A DNA stretch of 64,000 bases from assembly GCA_046347035.1 (NCBI GenBank), contig JAXMGY010000004.1, positions 16,262 through 80,261 of the forward strand, read 5' to 3'. The DNA is from Gammaproteobacteria bacterium (GTDB lineage Bacteria > Pseudomonadota > Gammaproteobacteria > JAJPIJ01). The translations under genes and the position numbers were made by a program. Positions 53,168 to 64,000 of the stretch are shown piece by piece (within the stretch, counting starts at the first letter, position 1; each line of letters opens with the position of its first letter). The notes under the pieces were generated by a model that saw only the letters and a list, made by a program, of their open reading frames with translations, had not been told where the DNA came from and made no database searches.

Positions 53168-54244
53168 TCAACTCGCGGCACGAGCGGCGGCACTATTTGG
53201 ACTGAGCACATCGGTCAGCGTGGAATAGATAGCCGCCAGCGATACGGCACTTTCTCGCAACGCGTCGTTGATAAATTGACGATTGGTCTGCCCACCGCTC
53301 CAATTGTCGAGAATCGTGCTCAATGCCAGTTCGCAGAGACGTTCAGCACGCAACGGATTGTTCTCGTCGTTTACGTCCTTAGCCAGCAACCGCGTCAGGC
53401 AGTGGCCAAGCTTGATCATTTTTGGGTGCGTGACGGTCTCAATGTCACGAATCACGTCGACGAAGCTCATCATGTCTTCCAGGCGCGCTGTGTTCATCAA
53501 GTTCAAGGTGCGGTCAACACTGCTTTCATTTGAGCTAATCCGCAGCACCGGTTCAAAAATCTCGCTCACTACATCTTCAAGCTTTAAGCGAAATTCGGCG
53601 ACGATGTTTTCCTGCGCGTGACCGAGGCTGGCCAAATCGTCGCGCACTTGACGACGGATCTGCGGCAACTTTTCGCTGCTCTTGCGTTGATCCAATTTTT
53701 CAGTGACGCGATTGAGTATGTCCTGTTGCCACTTCACCCCAAGCTGGCGCGCGGCATTCTTGCAGGCTTGCTCGGGCGACGAGGCAGCCGACTTTGATGC
53801 CGCTTTGACCAGCGGCGCCACGGACTCAGGTGTTGTCGTTGATTCGAACGCTTTGGCGGGCGCTATCACAGGTGCATTGGAGTTGTGCGCGATCACCGAC
53901 GGCTGGGGCCCTCCGACGAGAATATCCTGCAATGCGATCGCCACATCAGCGGCAAGTGGTGAACTCAGCCGAAGCTGCAAGCTCGCACCATTGATACCGG
54001 CCAGCACAACTCGCAACCCAAGCATGCGCCACTGACTGTCAATACGCAGCGACAGGTTCAATAACACCGAGCGGCCGTGATATTTGTCCGGCGGACTGGC
54101 AATTGCCGGATTCAACACCACGGACAAGTTATCGCCTTCGAATCCAGTCATCGTGCAGGCGAGGCTGTACCTTCCAATCCCGGAAATCATGGCGCCAAGC
54201 TTGGATACGCGGCGTCCGGCTGCTTGTTTGGCTCCTGGTTGCAT
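53168..54244 (-). CDS. hypothetical protein (possibly a truncated member of a larger family)
   Basis: 358-aa ORF with no confident motif. Confidence 0.35.
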   Translation of the reverse strand: MQPGAKQAAGRRVSKLGAMISGIGRYSLACTMTGFEGDNLSVVLNPAIASPPDKYHGRSVLLNLSLRIDSQWRMLGLRVVLAGINGASLQLRLSSPLAADVAIALQDILVGGPQPSVIAHNSNAPVIAPAKAFESTTTPESVAPLVKAASKSAASSPEQACKNAARQLGVKWQQDILNRVTEKLDQRKSSEKLPQIRRQVRDDLASLGHAQENIVAEFRLKLEDVVSEIFEPVLRISSNESSVDRTLNLMNTARLEDMMSFVDVIRDIETVTHPKMIKLGHCLTRLLAKDVNDENNPLRAERLCELALSTILDNWSGGQTNRQFINDALRESAVSLAAIYSTLTDVLSPNSAAARAAS

Positions 54245-54544
54245 CGTCTACCCTGCGGAAAATGAATACTTCGGGCAAGGGGTTAGCGGCCATATCAGAG
54301 AAAACTTTATTGTTTCCCGCTTAGCACCTAAATATGAAACGATTACCGCCTGTTTCGCACCGCTGGCGCCCTACAGTCTTAGCTTTTGTCCACGTTCCAA
54401 AGCACAACAAAACGTGACTAATTTCATATCTGGTGGGTAAACTCGTCCCAATGCTGCAACTTTGTCTCGCACCAATCTCGGTCGTCATACGGGCGACCCG
54501 AACTGTCACGATTTAATCGGCGTACCAACCCTGGGAGGGGCAAG

Positions 54545-55012
54545 ATGATAACTTTCAAACTCAACGGCCAGGAGACCACCGCGGATGTCGCCGATGACAC
54601 CCCGCTACTGTGGGTGTTACGCGATTCATTGCAATTGACAGGTACCAAATACGGTTGCGGCATGGCACTGTGCGGGGCCTGCACCGTGCATATCGACGGC
54701 CAAGCAGTGCGTTCCTGTTCGACACCGATTGCAAGCGTAAACGGCAAGTCGGTGACAACCATCGAAGGTTTGTCCATCGACGGCAGTCATCCCATACAAC
54801 AAGCCTGGTTGGCCGAAGATGTTCCGCAGTGTGGCTACTGTCAGTCAGGGCAAATCATGTCGGCAGCGGCATTGCTCGCGACCAACCCCAATCCTAGCGA
54901 CAAGGATATTGATGATGCCATGAGCGGCAACCTCTGCCGCTGCGGCACCTACGTGCGTATTCGCAAGGCCATTCATCGCGCTGCGGATGCGATGAAAGGA
55001 GGTGCGGCATGA
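54545..55012 (+). CDS. (2Fe-2S)-binding small subunit of a molybdenum hydroxylase (IorA/CoxS-like)
   Basis: 155 aa with plant-ferredoxin-type Cys cluster 1 ([11 protein letters not shown]) and cluster 2 (QCGYCQSG...CRCGTY). Confidence 0.9.
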   Translation: MITFKLNGQETTADVADDTPLLWVLRDSLQLTGTKYGCGMALCGACTVHIDGQAVRSCSTPIASVNGKSVTTIEGLSIDGSHPIQQAWLAEDVPQCGYCQSGQIMSAAALLATNPNPSDKDIDDAMSGNLCRCGTYVRIRKAIHRAADAMKGGAA

Positions 55013-57189
55013 AAATTTCTCACAATCAAAGCCGCCGCCATTTCTTGAAAAGCACCGCCGTGATCGGCGGAGGGCTCATCATCGGTTTTCATTTCCATAG
55101 CCGCAAAGCGCGCGCCGAGGGCGAAGGGGCGCCTGCGGCTGCGCCGGAGGCACCGCCAGTTTATCCACCCAATGCATTCATTCGCATTGCGCCCGATGAA
55201 TCCGTTACCATCATCATCAACAAGTCGGAAATGGGCCAGGGCATTTACACGGCACTCGCAATGCTGGTTGCTGAGGAATTGGAATGCGATTGGAGCAAGG
55301 TTCGCGTGGAGTCCGCGCCAGCAGCACCCGTTTACAAGCACACTGTCTACGGCACACAAGTCACTGGCGGCAGCAGCAGTGTGTCGAGTTCATGGGAGCA
55401 GCTGCGTACCGTCGGCGCAAAAGCACGCCAGATGTTGATCGCCGCGGCTGCCAAGCAATGGAATGTCGATGCTGCGACCTGCCGTGCCGAACAGGGTGTG
55501 GTAAAGCATGTGGGAAGTGATCAAACGCTGAGCTACGGCGCGCTCGCTGAAGCCGCCGAACAACAGCCCATGCCGAATGCGGTTGCGCTGAAGCCAGCCA
55601 GTGAGTTCCGCCTCATCGGAAGATCGACCAAACGATTGGACTCACCAGAGAAAGTTACCGGCACAGGACTGTTCGGCCTGGATGTGTACCGCCCCGATAT
55701 GCTGACAGTCGTGATTGCCCGATCGCCGGTATTCGGCGGTAAGGTGAAGCGCTTTAGCGCTGACAAGGCCATGCAGGTCAAGGGCGTGATCAAAGTCGTA
55801 CAGGTTCCAAGCGGCGTCGCGGTGGCGGCTGATGGCTTTTGGCCGGCGAAGCGGGGCCGCGACGCGCTGGAGATCGAGTGGGAGGAAGGCGAGAATTCGG
55901 CGCTGTCCACCGAAGCGCTGCGCACGCAGTTTGGCGATCTGGCAAAGACTCCCGGAACCGTCGCGCGTAAAGAAGGCGCCCCCAGCACGGAAACACTGGC
56001 GCAATGCGCCAAGCAAGTCGAAGCCCAGTATGAAGTGCCCTATCTCGCACACGCCTGCATGGAACCGCTCAACTGCGTGGTTGAACTGCGCAAGGATAGT
56101 TGCGAGATCTGGACCGGCACGCAAATGCAAACCATCGATCAGGCAGCAGCGGCCGCCATTACCGGCCTGACGCCAGAGCGCGTGCAAATTCACACCATGC
56201 TGCTCGGCGGCGGCTTTGGCCGCCGTGCGAATCCCGCCAGCGATTTTGTTGCCGAAGCGGTGCTGGTCGCCAAGGCCCTCGTGGATCTTGGCAAGCCAGT
56301 GAAAGTTGTTTGGTCGCGTGAAGATGATATGCGCGGCGGCTATTATCGGCCGCAGTGGGTGAGTCGCGTGCTGGGTGGCATTGATGCCGCCGGCAATCCG
56401 CTGCACTGGCAGCACACCATCGTCGGCCAGTCGGTCATCACCGGCACGCCTTTCGAAGCCGCGATGATCCGCAACGGTATCGATCCCGCATCAGTTGAGG
56501 GCGCAGCCGACCTTCCCTACGCTGTTCCCAACTTCCTTGTGGATCTGCACACGGTAAAGATGACCGTGCCAGTGCTATGGTGGCGCTCAGTTGGACATTC
56601 GCACACCGGCTTTGTCACCGAATGTTATCTCGACGAACTAGCGCACGCGGCTGGCAAGGACCCGGTTGAGTATCGCCGCGCATTGCTTACGAAAGCCCCT
56701 CGCCATTTGGGCGTATTAAATCTTGCCGCTGAGAAAGCTGGTTGGGGACAAGCGTTACCAGCAGGTCAAGCGCGTGGTGTGGCCGTGCATAAATCCTTCG
56801 ACAGCTATGTCGCGCAGATCGCCGAGGTATCCATCGAAGATGACATCGTACGTGTACATCGCGTGGTCTGCGCCATCGACTGCGGCATCGTCGTCAATCC
56901 CGATACTGTGGTGGCGCAAATGGAAAGCGCCATTGCCTTTGGACTGTCCGCAGCACTGCACGGTGAACTTACCTTCAAGAACGGCCGCATTGAGCAGAGT
57001 AACTTCCATGACTACCAGGTGCTGAGAATGAATGAAATGCCAGCGGTGGAAGTTCACATCGTGCCGAGCGCAGAAGCGCCAACGGGTGTGGGCGAACCGG
57101 GTGTGCCGCCTATTGCACCCGCCGTGGCCAATGCGCTGCTTGCACTCACCGGTACACCGGTGCGTAAGCTACCGATCATTTTAGCCTAA
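55009..57189 (+). CDS. molybdopterin-dependent oxidoreductase large subunit (IorB/aldehyde-oxidoreductase-like), Tat signal
   Basis: 726 aa with an N-terminal twin-arginine motif ([15 protein letters not shown]) and xanthine-dehydrogenase-family MoCo-binding domains. Translationally coupled to the 2Fe-2S subunit. Confidence 0.9.
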   Translation: MKISHNQSRRHFLKSTAVIGGGLIIGFHFHSRKARAEGEGAPAAAPEAPPVYPPNAFIRIAPDESVTIIINKSEMGQGIYTALAMLVAEELECDWSKVRVESAPAAPVYKHTVYGTQVTGGSSSVSSSWEQLRTVGAKARQMLIAAAAKQWNVDAATCRAEQGVVKHVGSDQTLSYGALAEAAEQQPMPNAVALKPASEFRLIGRSTKRLDSPEKVTGTGLFGLDVYRPDMLTVVIARSPVFGGKVKRFSADKAMQVKGVIKVVQVPSGVAVAADGFWPAKRGRDALEIEWEEGENSALSTEALRTQFGDLAKTPGTVARKEGAPSTETLAQCAKQVEAQYEVPYLAHACMEPLNCVVELRKDSCEIWTGTQMQTIDQAAAAAITGLTPERVQIHTMLLGGGFGRRANPASDFVAEAVLVAKALVDLGKPVKVVWSREDDMRGGYYRPQWVSRVLGGIDAAGNPLHWQHTIVGQSVITGTPFEAAMIRNGIDPASVEGAADLPYAVPNFLVDLHTVKMTVPVLWWRSVGHSHTGFVTECYLDELAHAAGKDPVEYRRALLTKAPRHLGVLNLAAEKAGWGQALPAGQARGVAVHKSFDSYVAQIAEVSIEDDIVRVHRVVCAIDCGIVVNPDTVVAQMESAIAFGLSAALHGELTFKNGRIEQSNFHDYQVLRMNEMPAVEVHIVPSAEAPTGVGEPGVPPIAPAVANALLALTGTPVRKLPIILA

Positions 57190-57198
57190 GCATCCATC

Positions 57199-58224
57199 GT
57201 GGACAGTACCGATCTGGAAGTGCTTCGCCACGCGCGCGACTGGTTACGTGCAGGTCGTCGAGTCGAATTGGCGACGATTGCGACAACATTTGGCTCAGCG
57301 CCACGGCCAATTGGCGCCATGCTGGCTGTCGACGATCGTGGCGAGTTCTGCGGGTCAGTGTCCGGCGGCTGCGTTGAAGAAGAACTTATCGCGCAAATGC
57401 GCGATGGTCTGCATCCACACGCACAGATTGTGACTTACGGTATCACCGCCGAACAATCGCGCCGGCATGGACTGCCGTGCGGCGGCAAACTTGAGCTGGT
57501 CGTTGAAACGCTCAACGATGTACGGCTCATTGCTTCCATCGTCGAAGCGGTCGAACAACGCCGCACCATCACTCGTCGCCTTAATTTACTCAACAATATC
57601 TCGCGCCTGCTCCCCAGCGCCTCGACGGCACTCGTTGATGTCGACGGCGATTGCGTTGAGTTTACCTACGGCCCGCAGTGGCGCATGCTCATCGTCGGCG
57701 CCGGCGATCTTGGACGCTATCTGGCGCAGATGGCAAACATGCTCAACTATCAGGTTAGTGTCTGCGATCCGCGCAAGGAATTCTGGTCAACCTGGACATC
57801 AAGCGATGTCAATCGAAGCATGGACATGCCCGACGATTTCATTCGCACACATGCCCCTGACGGTCGAACTGTGATTGCGGTTGTGGCGCATGATCCGAAA
57901 CTGGATGATATGGCACTACTGGAGGCTTTGCCCTCCGCTGCTTTCTACGTCGGAGCCCTGGGTTCACAGCGGAACAACGACGAACGACGACGAAGACTGG
58001 CGCACGAATTCGACATTCCCGCATCGCAACTGGAGCGGCTGCATGGTCCCGTGGGTCTAAACATTGGCAGCCGCAGCGCCCCGGAGATTGCAATTTCGAT
58101 TCTTGCCGAGGTGACTGCGCTGCGCAATGGAATTCGATTGTCGGTAACCTCTGACATGAATCCTCGATTGAACAGTGTCTCTAGTGGCGCATGCCACTCC
58201 AGTCGCTCTGAGAACATTTCGTAG
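57199..58224 (+). CDS. XdhC/CoxI-family molybdenum-cofactor insertion chaperone
   Basis: 341 aa with an XdhC_CoxI N-terminal domain and a C-terminal Rossmann-like domain (MLIVGAGDLGRYLAQMA). Confidence 0.85.
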   Translation: MDSTDLEVLRHARDWLRAGRRVELATIATTFGSAPRPIGAMLAVDDRGEFCGSVSGGCVEEELIAQMRDGLHPHAQIVTYGITAEQSRRHGLPCGGKLELVVETLNDVRLIASIVEAVEQRRTITRRLNLLNNISRLLPSASTALVDVDGDCVEFTYGPQWRMLIVGAGDLGRYLAQMANMLNYQVSVCDPRKEFWSTWTSSDVNRSMDMPDDFIRTHAPDGRTVIAVVAHDPKLDDMALLEALPSAAFYVGALGSQRNNDERRRRLAHEFDIPASQLERLHGPVGLNIGSRSAPEIAISILAEVTALRNGIRLSVTSDMNPRLNSVSSGACHSSRSENIS

Positions 58225-58248
58225 TCTGCTGCAAAGGATCGCAACAAC

Positions 58249-58830
58249 TTGACTACAACTTCCCAACCAATTGGTGTGCTGCTCGCCTGCGGCAGCGGCA
58301 TCAGATTCGGCAGCCACAAGCTGCTGCATCCGTTGCCCAACAGCATGCCGATGGCGGCGGCATCATTGCGCAATATGACAAAGGTGCTATCGCGAGTCAT
58401 TGCCGTCGTACGCGATGGTGACGCCGAGTTAAGCGATCTGCTGACTTCCAGCGGTGCGGAGATCGTTGAGTGCGACAGGTGTCACGCAGGCATGGCGTAC
58501 AGCATTGCTTCGGGCGTACGCGCGAGTCCTGCCGCATCGGGTTGGATCATTGCGCTGGCCGACATGCCATTTATCAATTCACAGACGATTGAGGCAGTAA
58601 GGACCGCACTTGAGCGAGGTGCCAATATTTGTATTCCAGTTCATAAACAGCAGCGCGGCCATCCTGTTGGCTTCGCGCGACAATACTTTCCCGACTTGGT
58701 CGCATTACAAGGCGATCGCGGCGCGCGACCAATCGTTGAAACGCACGCGGATCAAATCAATGAGCTCGATTGCGACGATCCCGGCATTCTCATCGACATC
58801 GACACTCCCTCCGATCTATCAATTGTCTAA
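58249..58830 (+). CDS. MobA-like nucleotidyltransferase (MocA-type MoCo cytidylyltransferase candidate)
   Basis: 193 aa with an NTP-transferase fold (LLACGSGIRFGSHKLL). It sits with XdhC after the Mo enzyme. Confidence 0.75.
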   Translation: MTTTSQPIGVLLACGSGIRFGSHKLLHPLPNSMPMAAASLRNMTKVLSRVIAVVRDGDAELSDLLTSSGAEIVECDRCHAGMAYSIASGVRASPAASGWIIALADMPFINSQTIEAVRTALERGANICIPVHKQQRGHPVGFARQYFPDLVALQGDRGARPIVETHADQINELDCDDPGILIDIDTPSDLSIV

Positions 58831-59104
58831 TTCCACATCGCCATACTGATTTGCGCATTTCAATATTTGGTCAGCCGTTACAGCACCCGCGGAACAGTCA
58901 ATACCACCAACTGAATACCTCTGGGATGACTGCCGACAGTCGGGTTTCAACGCAAGATTTTTAAGACGCAATGCAGCAGGCATCTTCTCGGTGCGTCAGA
59001 AGAATGCCACGGCCACGGCGTTTCTTGATCGTCATATACAAGTCATCTAAGGTTAATGTGTTGTGTTCCCGCCCGCCCACCATTAATAAATAAAGGAGCC
59101 GATC

Positions 59105-60896
59105 ATGGCCATAAATCTGCGTGGAGTGAAACGTCAAGCGCTCGCAATGCTCGGAGTCGCAACGCTGACCACCTTTGTCGGTCTTAACGCCGCCAACGCC
59201 GGCGACGACGATCACAAGAAAACTCCACCGCCGAAGCGTGTCTTGATCGTCTTGTTCGATCAAATGATTCCGAAATATGCGGACATGTTTTACATGCCTA
59301 ACTTCCGACGACTGCGTGACTCGGGCCGCGAGTTCAAGGAAGCCTATCTGGGTTACATGGCCTCTGAAACGGTGATTGCACACAATGTCATCACCTCCGG
59401 CAAACGGCCCAATCACATGGGTTGGGTGGACGAAGCCTACCGCGATGAAGCGAACTTCTTTGGCAAGAACGTTCCCGGTCAGCCCGCCGCCATGCACATC
59501 ACCGGCGATTTCAGCCTGACGGATTTCGGAACTCTGGTGAATTCCGAGAACTATCCAAAGCTCGCGGACTATTTGCACACTGCCTATCCGGGAACCAAGT
59601 TCATCGTTGTTGGTGAAAAATCCTATGCGGTAGAGTCGGCGACTGCATCGACCGGCGATATCGCGGTGCGCCTATCGAGCCGTTCCTCCAGTTCGCTGCA
59701 CAACGAATGCCGGGACGTTATCCTTGGTGGTCGCTATCGCTTCCCCGCCGGCAAGAATGTTCCAACTTACTTGACAGACCCTTTCTGTGGCCGCTGGTAC
59801 ATCAACTCTGATAGTGGCAACGACTACGGTACCAAAGCGGCGTTTCCATCCTGGATGTATCCTGAGGATGGCGATCGTTTCTTCCCCGGCACGAGCGCCG
59901 CGTCCAAAGCCGGTCACGTCGGTGGTGACACATGGGTAGCCGACGCGGCCATCGTAATGATGGCGCAGGAAAACTGGTCAGGCATGTTTGTCACGCTGGG
60001 TGCGATCGATAAAGCCGCGCACATGTGGGGTGCGCAGTACGATGCAGTCAACTTCAACGGCAGCTGCTACACCGGAACGGACGCCGAAATCGGTGCGGCG
60101 CTAACCCATGTCCGCTGTGCCGCCGAGAACGCGGACGTGCAGCTCGGTAAGTTACTTAACCAGCTCAAGATAGTTGATGCAGCACGCGGTGGTGAAACAT
60201 TGGTGGTTCTCACCGCTGATCATGGCGCCACCTATGGCGAGAACTTTTACGGCAAGAACACCTCCGGCGCTGGCGACAGCAATTGGTACTACGCGCCGTA
60301 TGGTGTGTGGGATGCGGGTTCCGGCGCAACGGAAATCGACACAACGACGTACAACAGTCCATCACCGGCACTGCGGCGCGCTCGTTGATCTCAAGCAGGC
60401 CGATGGCACGTCGACCAACCTTCAATTCACATATCAGTCCACGGCAATCGAGTCATGGCTGGTCGATCACTCCGTTCAAAAGATGAAGCAAGGTGCAGCA
60501 GCGATGCTCAAGCTGCCCGGCGTCACTGCCTCGTACTGGCGCGACGGCAATCGCTTCCGTCTCTTTGGCACCAATGCGATGACCCGATCCGAGCGTGAAT
60601 GGTGGAGGAAACACGGCCAGGAAATTGTCGACACCATGGCCGCGGCCAACGGACCCGACATCGTTGGTTTGCTCCACGACAAGACGAGTTATGGTGTATT
60701 CGGCGATCACGGTGGCGCGCAGGAAACAGTGCAACGCGTACCAATGGTGTTCTGGTCGCCCAGTCTCGCGCGTCGTCACGACCATGATTCGGAACACGAA
60801 CCGTTCCAGACTGCCGACATCATGCCAACAATTCTGCGGGCAATGGGTATTCAGCTGACCGCTCCCGTCGACGGGAAAGCACGCTCGCTGCGCTAA
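59105..60896 (+). pseudogene. secreted alkaline-phosphatase/nucleotide-pyrophosphatase-family protein, one frameshift near 60360
   Basis: ORF 59105..60388 has a signal peptide and metal-site motifs (VLIVLFDQM, LVVLTADHGATYGE). The C-terminal ~180 aa continue in ORF 60174..60896. Confidence 0.6.
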
Positions 60897-60943
60897 CACA
60901 TTTGGGAGGCGTGGAGAATAACTTTCTCCGCGCCTCCTTGCGT

Positions 60944-61600
60944 TCAAGTCGCCCCTTTGGGATAGGCAACAGTTTGCGACAGCAATACCTGCTGATCGGG
61001 ACTGAGTCCAAGGGCATCAGCAATTGCAGAACGATCAATCCATGCCCGGATCACGGTTGAAAGACCATTGCCAGCAGCGAAAAGATACACATTCTGAGCA
61101 ATCGCGCCCGCACAGGTATACGCATACATCTCGCGATTCTCTGCTGACACCAATCGCATCCGAGTAAAGTCAGCAACGTATACCAGATCAAGGGGCGCCT
61201 CATCGACAAAATCCTGGTATCCGGTAACGCGCCGCAAATCGCTCGCCGCAATCAGTTGCAATTCGTGCGCAGTAGCATCATAGCGATACGCACCTTCAGG
61301 TAAAGCCACAAACACATCCACTTCCTGTGCGTTCAAGGCCGACGGCGCAGTTCTTCCACCATCCGGCCTATTCACACCATACGCCGCCCACAGAAGATTC
61401 GACAGCACCGAACCAGGCAAGGGAGCTTTCGCGAATTCGCGTGCCGAATGCCGTCGCGACAGCGCTTCCATGAGCGGCATACCGCCCTGCTGCTCAGCTG
61501 ACGCCAGCTTGATGACGGATTCTGCATTTCCTCTCGGTGGCTTGGGCCGCAGTCTGCCCATCATTCCCATAGCGAGTTTCGCGACTGTACTCATGGTCAA
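60944..61600 (-). CDS. nitroreductase-superfamily protein (SagB/ThcOx-type dehydrogenase-like)
   Basis: 218-aa nitroreductase fold (RRHSAREF ... AGAIAQNVYLFAAGNGLSTV). Confidence 0.65.
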   Translation of the reverse strand: MTMSTVAKLAMGMMGRLRPKPPRGNAESVIKLASAEQQGGMPLMEALSRRHSAREFAKAPLPGSVLSNLLWAAYGVNRPDGGRTAPSALNAQEVDVFVALPEGAYRYDATAHELQLIAASDLRRVTGYQDFVDEAPLDLVYVADFTRMRLVSAENREMYAYTCAGAIAQNVYLFAAGNGLSTVIRAWIDRSAIADALGLSPDQQVLLSQTVAYPKGAT

Positions 61601-61807
61601 CTCCTATTTATAGCGCTTACTATTTTCAGATTACGCCTCCATCGGTTCGCGACTTTGATTTCAAGCAACAACAAGCAGCGCCGGGCGTGGAACGGCGATT
61701 CCGTAAAAAACTGTGTCTTACCATGCGAATTGCCGAGTTCTTGACATCCGCCTGTCATAATTGCATGGCGGAATGCGCGCAGCGACAGGTCACACAGGAC
61801 CGCTGCA

Positions 61808-62626
61808 TTGAACGCGGAAAATCCATCGCTTAGCACAACGCGACGTTATCGGACTATCTGGATATCCGACATTCACCTCGGCACGCCGGGTTGCAAGGCC
61901 GAGTATCTGCTCGATTTTCTGCGACTTAACGAGTCGGAGTATCTTTACCTGGTCGGCGACATCATCGACGGCTGGCAGTTGAAGCGTCGTTGGTACTGGT
62001 CGCAGTCTCACAACGATGTAGTGCAAAAAGTTCTGCGCAAGGCACGCAAAGGCACCAAGGTCATCTACGTCGCCGGCAATCACGACGAAGTGCTGCGCCA
62101 GTTCCTCGGCTACTCGTTCGGCGACATTGCCATCGTCGATGAGGCTGTCCACACCATGGCAGATGGCAAACGCTTTCTCGTCATTCACGGCGATCTCTAC
62201 GACGGCGTGGTTCAACAGGCGAAGTGGCTAGCGCTGCTTGGCGATCATCTCTATACACTCATATTGAAGTTGAATCACTGGTTCAACCATGTGCGCGCCT
62301 CACTCGGGCTTGAATACTGGTCGTTATCGCAGTACCTCAAACACAAAACCAAGAACGCGGTGAGCTTCATCACCGACTTTGAAGGCGCGGTTGCTCGTGA
62401 AGCACGCACGCGTGGATTCCAGGGCGTTGTGTGCGGACACATTCACAAGCCTGTCATTCGCGACATCGATGGCATTACCTATTGCAACGACGGCGACTGG
62501 GTCGAAAGTCTGTCAGCGCTGGCCGAGACCACGGAGGGCGAACTTCAAATCATCGAGTGGTCAAAATTGGTTGCCGCGCCAGAGGATGTTGGTGTGGACA
62601 TCGAACATATGGGAGCGTCGATTTGA
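61808..62626 (+). CDS. LpxH-family calcineurin-like metallophosphoesterase (UDP-2,3-diacylglucosamine hydrolase-like)
   Basis: 272 aa with DIHLG, GDIIDGW and GNHD motifs. Confidence 0.7.
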   Translation: MNAENPSLSTTRRYRTIWISDIHLGTPGCKAEYLLDFLRLNESEYLYLVGDIIDGWQLKRRWYWSQSHNDVVQKVLRKARKGTKVIYVAGNHDEVLRQFLGYSFGDIAIVDEAVHTMADGKRFLVIHGDLYDGVVQQAKWLALLGDHLYTLILKLNHWFNHVRASLGLEYWSLSQYLKHKTKNAVSFITDFEGAVAREARTRGFQGVVCGHIHKPVIRDIDGITYCNDGDWVESLSALAETTEGELQIIEWSKLVAAPEDVGVDIEHMGASI

Positions 62627-63627
62627 AGCTGTTGATCGTGACCGATACCTGGTCTCCGCAGGTCAACGGTGTGGTCACAACGCTTCGCACCATTGGTGAA
62701 CATATCTCGGCGGCGGGACACACAGTTGAGTTTCTATCACCGGACGGTTTCCGCTCCATGCCCTGTCCGACTTATCCTGAAATCAGGCTGAGCGTGCTGC
62801 CATATCGACGTGTGCGCGACAAAATAGATTCGTTCCAACCTGACGCACTTCATATCGCTACCGAAGGTCCTTTAGGATATGCAGCGCGCCGCTACTGCAT
62901 TACTCGCGGGTTGCAGTTCACCACAGCGTATCACACCCGCTTCCCGGAATACGTGCATGCACGCACACGCATTCCCGTGGCGCTCACTTACGGCTGGTTG
63001 CGGCGCTTTCATGATCGCGCCAATGCCATGCTGGTGCCTACGCCAGCGTTGCGCCGCGAACTGCAAGAGCGTGGATTCGACAACACAGTACCCTGGTCGC
63101 ATGGCGTAGATACCGAAAAATTTACACCCGGCGATCGCGGATTTTTACAAACGCGATCGCCCATATTTCTTTACGTCGGTCGAGTGGCCATCGAGAAAAA
63201 CATTGAAGCGTTCCTGCAATTGGATCTGCCGGGATCGAAGTGGGTGGTTGGCGAAGGTCCGCAACGCGCATGGTTGGAGCGCCGTTATCCTGAGGCCAAT
63301 TTTGCCGGCATTCAAACCACCGACAATTTGGTTCGCTTCTATCGCGCCGCCAACGTGTTTGTCTTCCCATCGCTCACCGATACCTTCGGACTGGTAATGC
63401 TGGAGGCACTGGCCTGCGGCACGCCAGTTGCCGCCTTCCCGGTCACGGGCCCGATGGACGTCATCGGCAACAGTGGCGTCGGCGCGATGGACAAGGACCT
63501 GCGTCAAGCCTGCCTGTCAGCGTTAAACATTTCACGTGCCGATGCGCGTGCCTATGCCGAGCAATATTCGTGGGACCAGTCAATTCGTCAATTTGAATCC
63601 TACCTCACGCCGCTTCGGGCCGCCTGA
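62623..63627 (+). CDS. GT4-family glycosyltransferase
   Basis: About 335 aa from a TTG start overlapping the LpxH-like stop (LKLLIVTDTWSPQVNGVV...). C-terminal GT4 E-x7-E region (FVFPSLTDTFGLVMLEALACGTPV). Confidence 0.75.
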   Translation: MKLLIVTDTWSPQVNGVVTTLRTIGEHISAAGHTVEFLSPDGFRSMPCPTYPEIRLSVLPYRRVRDKIDSFQPDALHIATEGPLGYAARRYCITRGLQFTTAYHTRFPEYVHARTRIPVALTYGWLRRFHDRANAMLVPTPALRRELQERGFDNTVPWSHGVDTEKFTPGDRGFLQTRSPIFLYVGRVAIEKNIEAFLQLDLPGSKWVVGEGPQRAWLERRYPEANFAGIQTTDNLVRFYRAANVFVFPSLTDTFGLVMLEALACGTPVAAFPVTGPMDVIGNSGVGAMDKDLRQACLSALNISRADARAYAEQYSWDQSIRQFESYLTPLRAA

Positions 63628-63644
63628 GCGAATTTAGTTTTCCA

Positions 63645-64000
63645 TGCGTTCGCTTCAACTCACGATTGCTTGCTTGATATGCGCACTTGTCGTCTCCGTT
63701 TCGCCGCAATATGTTTTCGGGAAAGATGTGCGTGGCGTATGGCGCGATCCGAAATCGGATTTCGAAATTGAAACTTACACCTGCCCGCACACCGAATCGC
63801 TGCTGTGCGGGCGCATCGTGCGCATTTCAAAGGCGGCGCTTCAAACGGACAGGAACAATCCGGATCCAAGATTACGCGATCGAACATTGCTTGGCTTGCA
63901 AATACTTGAAGCGTTTCAACCGACGTCACCTGACCACTGGGAGGGCGGCGGTGAAAACGGGAAACTGCCCGGACGCATTTACTTACCGTTGAATGGTGAC
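63645..64000 (+). CDS. DUF2147-family secreted protein (3' end outside the window)
   Basis: Signal peptide plus the conserved pattern (GVWRDPKSDFEIETYTC...LCGRIV...NPDPRLRDRTLLGLQIL...WEGG...IY). No stop before the window end. Confidence 0.55.

Noticed and set aside
58961-59578. 205-aa minus-strand ORF
   Set aside because: It is antisense to the 5' end of the alkaline-phosphatase-family gene and has no motif. Typical GC-rich shadow ORF.

Overview
GC-rich (roughly 60% by eye) chromosomal segment, most likely from a polar-flagellated gamma- or betaproteobacterium. The gene order ybeD-lipB-lipA, guaB-guaA with divergent xseA, and cheV-cheR-flgA-flgM-flgN-PilZ(ycgR/flgZ-like) matches Pseudomonas- and Xanthomonadales-type genomes. 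There is one tRNA (Ala-CGC) and no rRNA, CRISPR array or intact IS element.

Housekeeping genes read as single intact ORFs: guaBA, xseA, lipAB, an M23 peptidase, cheR/cheV, flgAMN, and an IorAB-type molybdenum hydroxylase with XdhC and MocA. Many accessory genes are instead broken by frameshifts. These include a gamma-glutamylation-type alkylamine catabolic module (GS-like gmaS/puuA-like gene, split glutamate-synthase-like mgsABC, PuuB-like FAD oxidase, APC permease, PuuR-like regulator), a completely decayed Pil-Chp-like chemosensory cluster (FIST, REC, CheW, MCP, multi-Hpt CheA), a REC-Ser/Thr-kinase fusion, kynA, a rhomboid protease, a periplasmic ankyrin protein, a PQQ alcohol dehydrogenase with its cytochrome c, an MBL-fold protein, a NUDIX protein and an alkaline-phosphatase-family protein.

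The most unusual items are:
- an intact protein whose N-terminus resembles an ISL3-transposase zinc-ribbon/HTH module fused to three to four ~115-aa tandem repeats instead of a DDE domain;
- a tRNA-Ala-adjacent island remnant with an orphan TacA-type antitoxin and a secreted beta-helix/FN3 protein;
- an SPFH gene interrupted by a T19/C105 homopolymer flanked by 48-bp direct repeats (probably an assembly artefact), sitting behind a near-consensus sigma70 promoter buried in a 43-bp palindrome.

I cannot tell from sequence alone whether the frameshifts are real pseudogenisation or indel sequencing errors.
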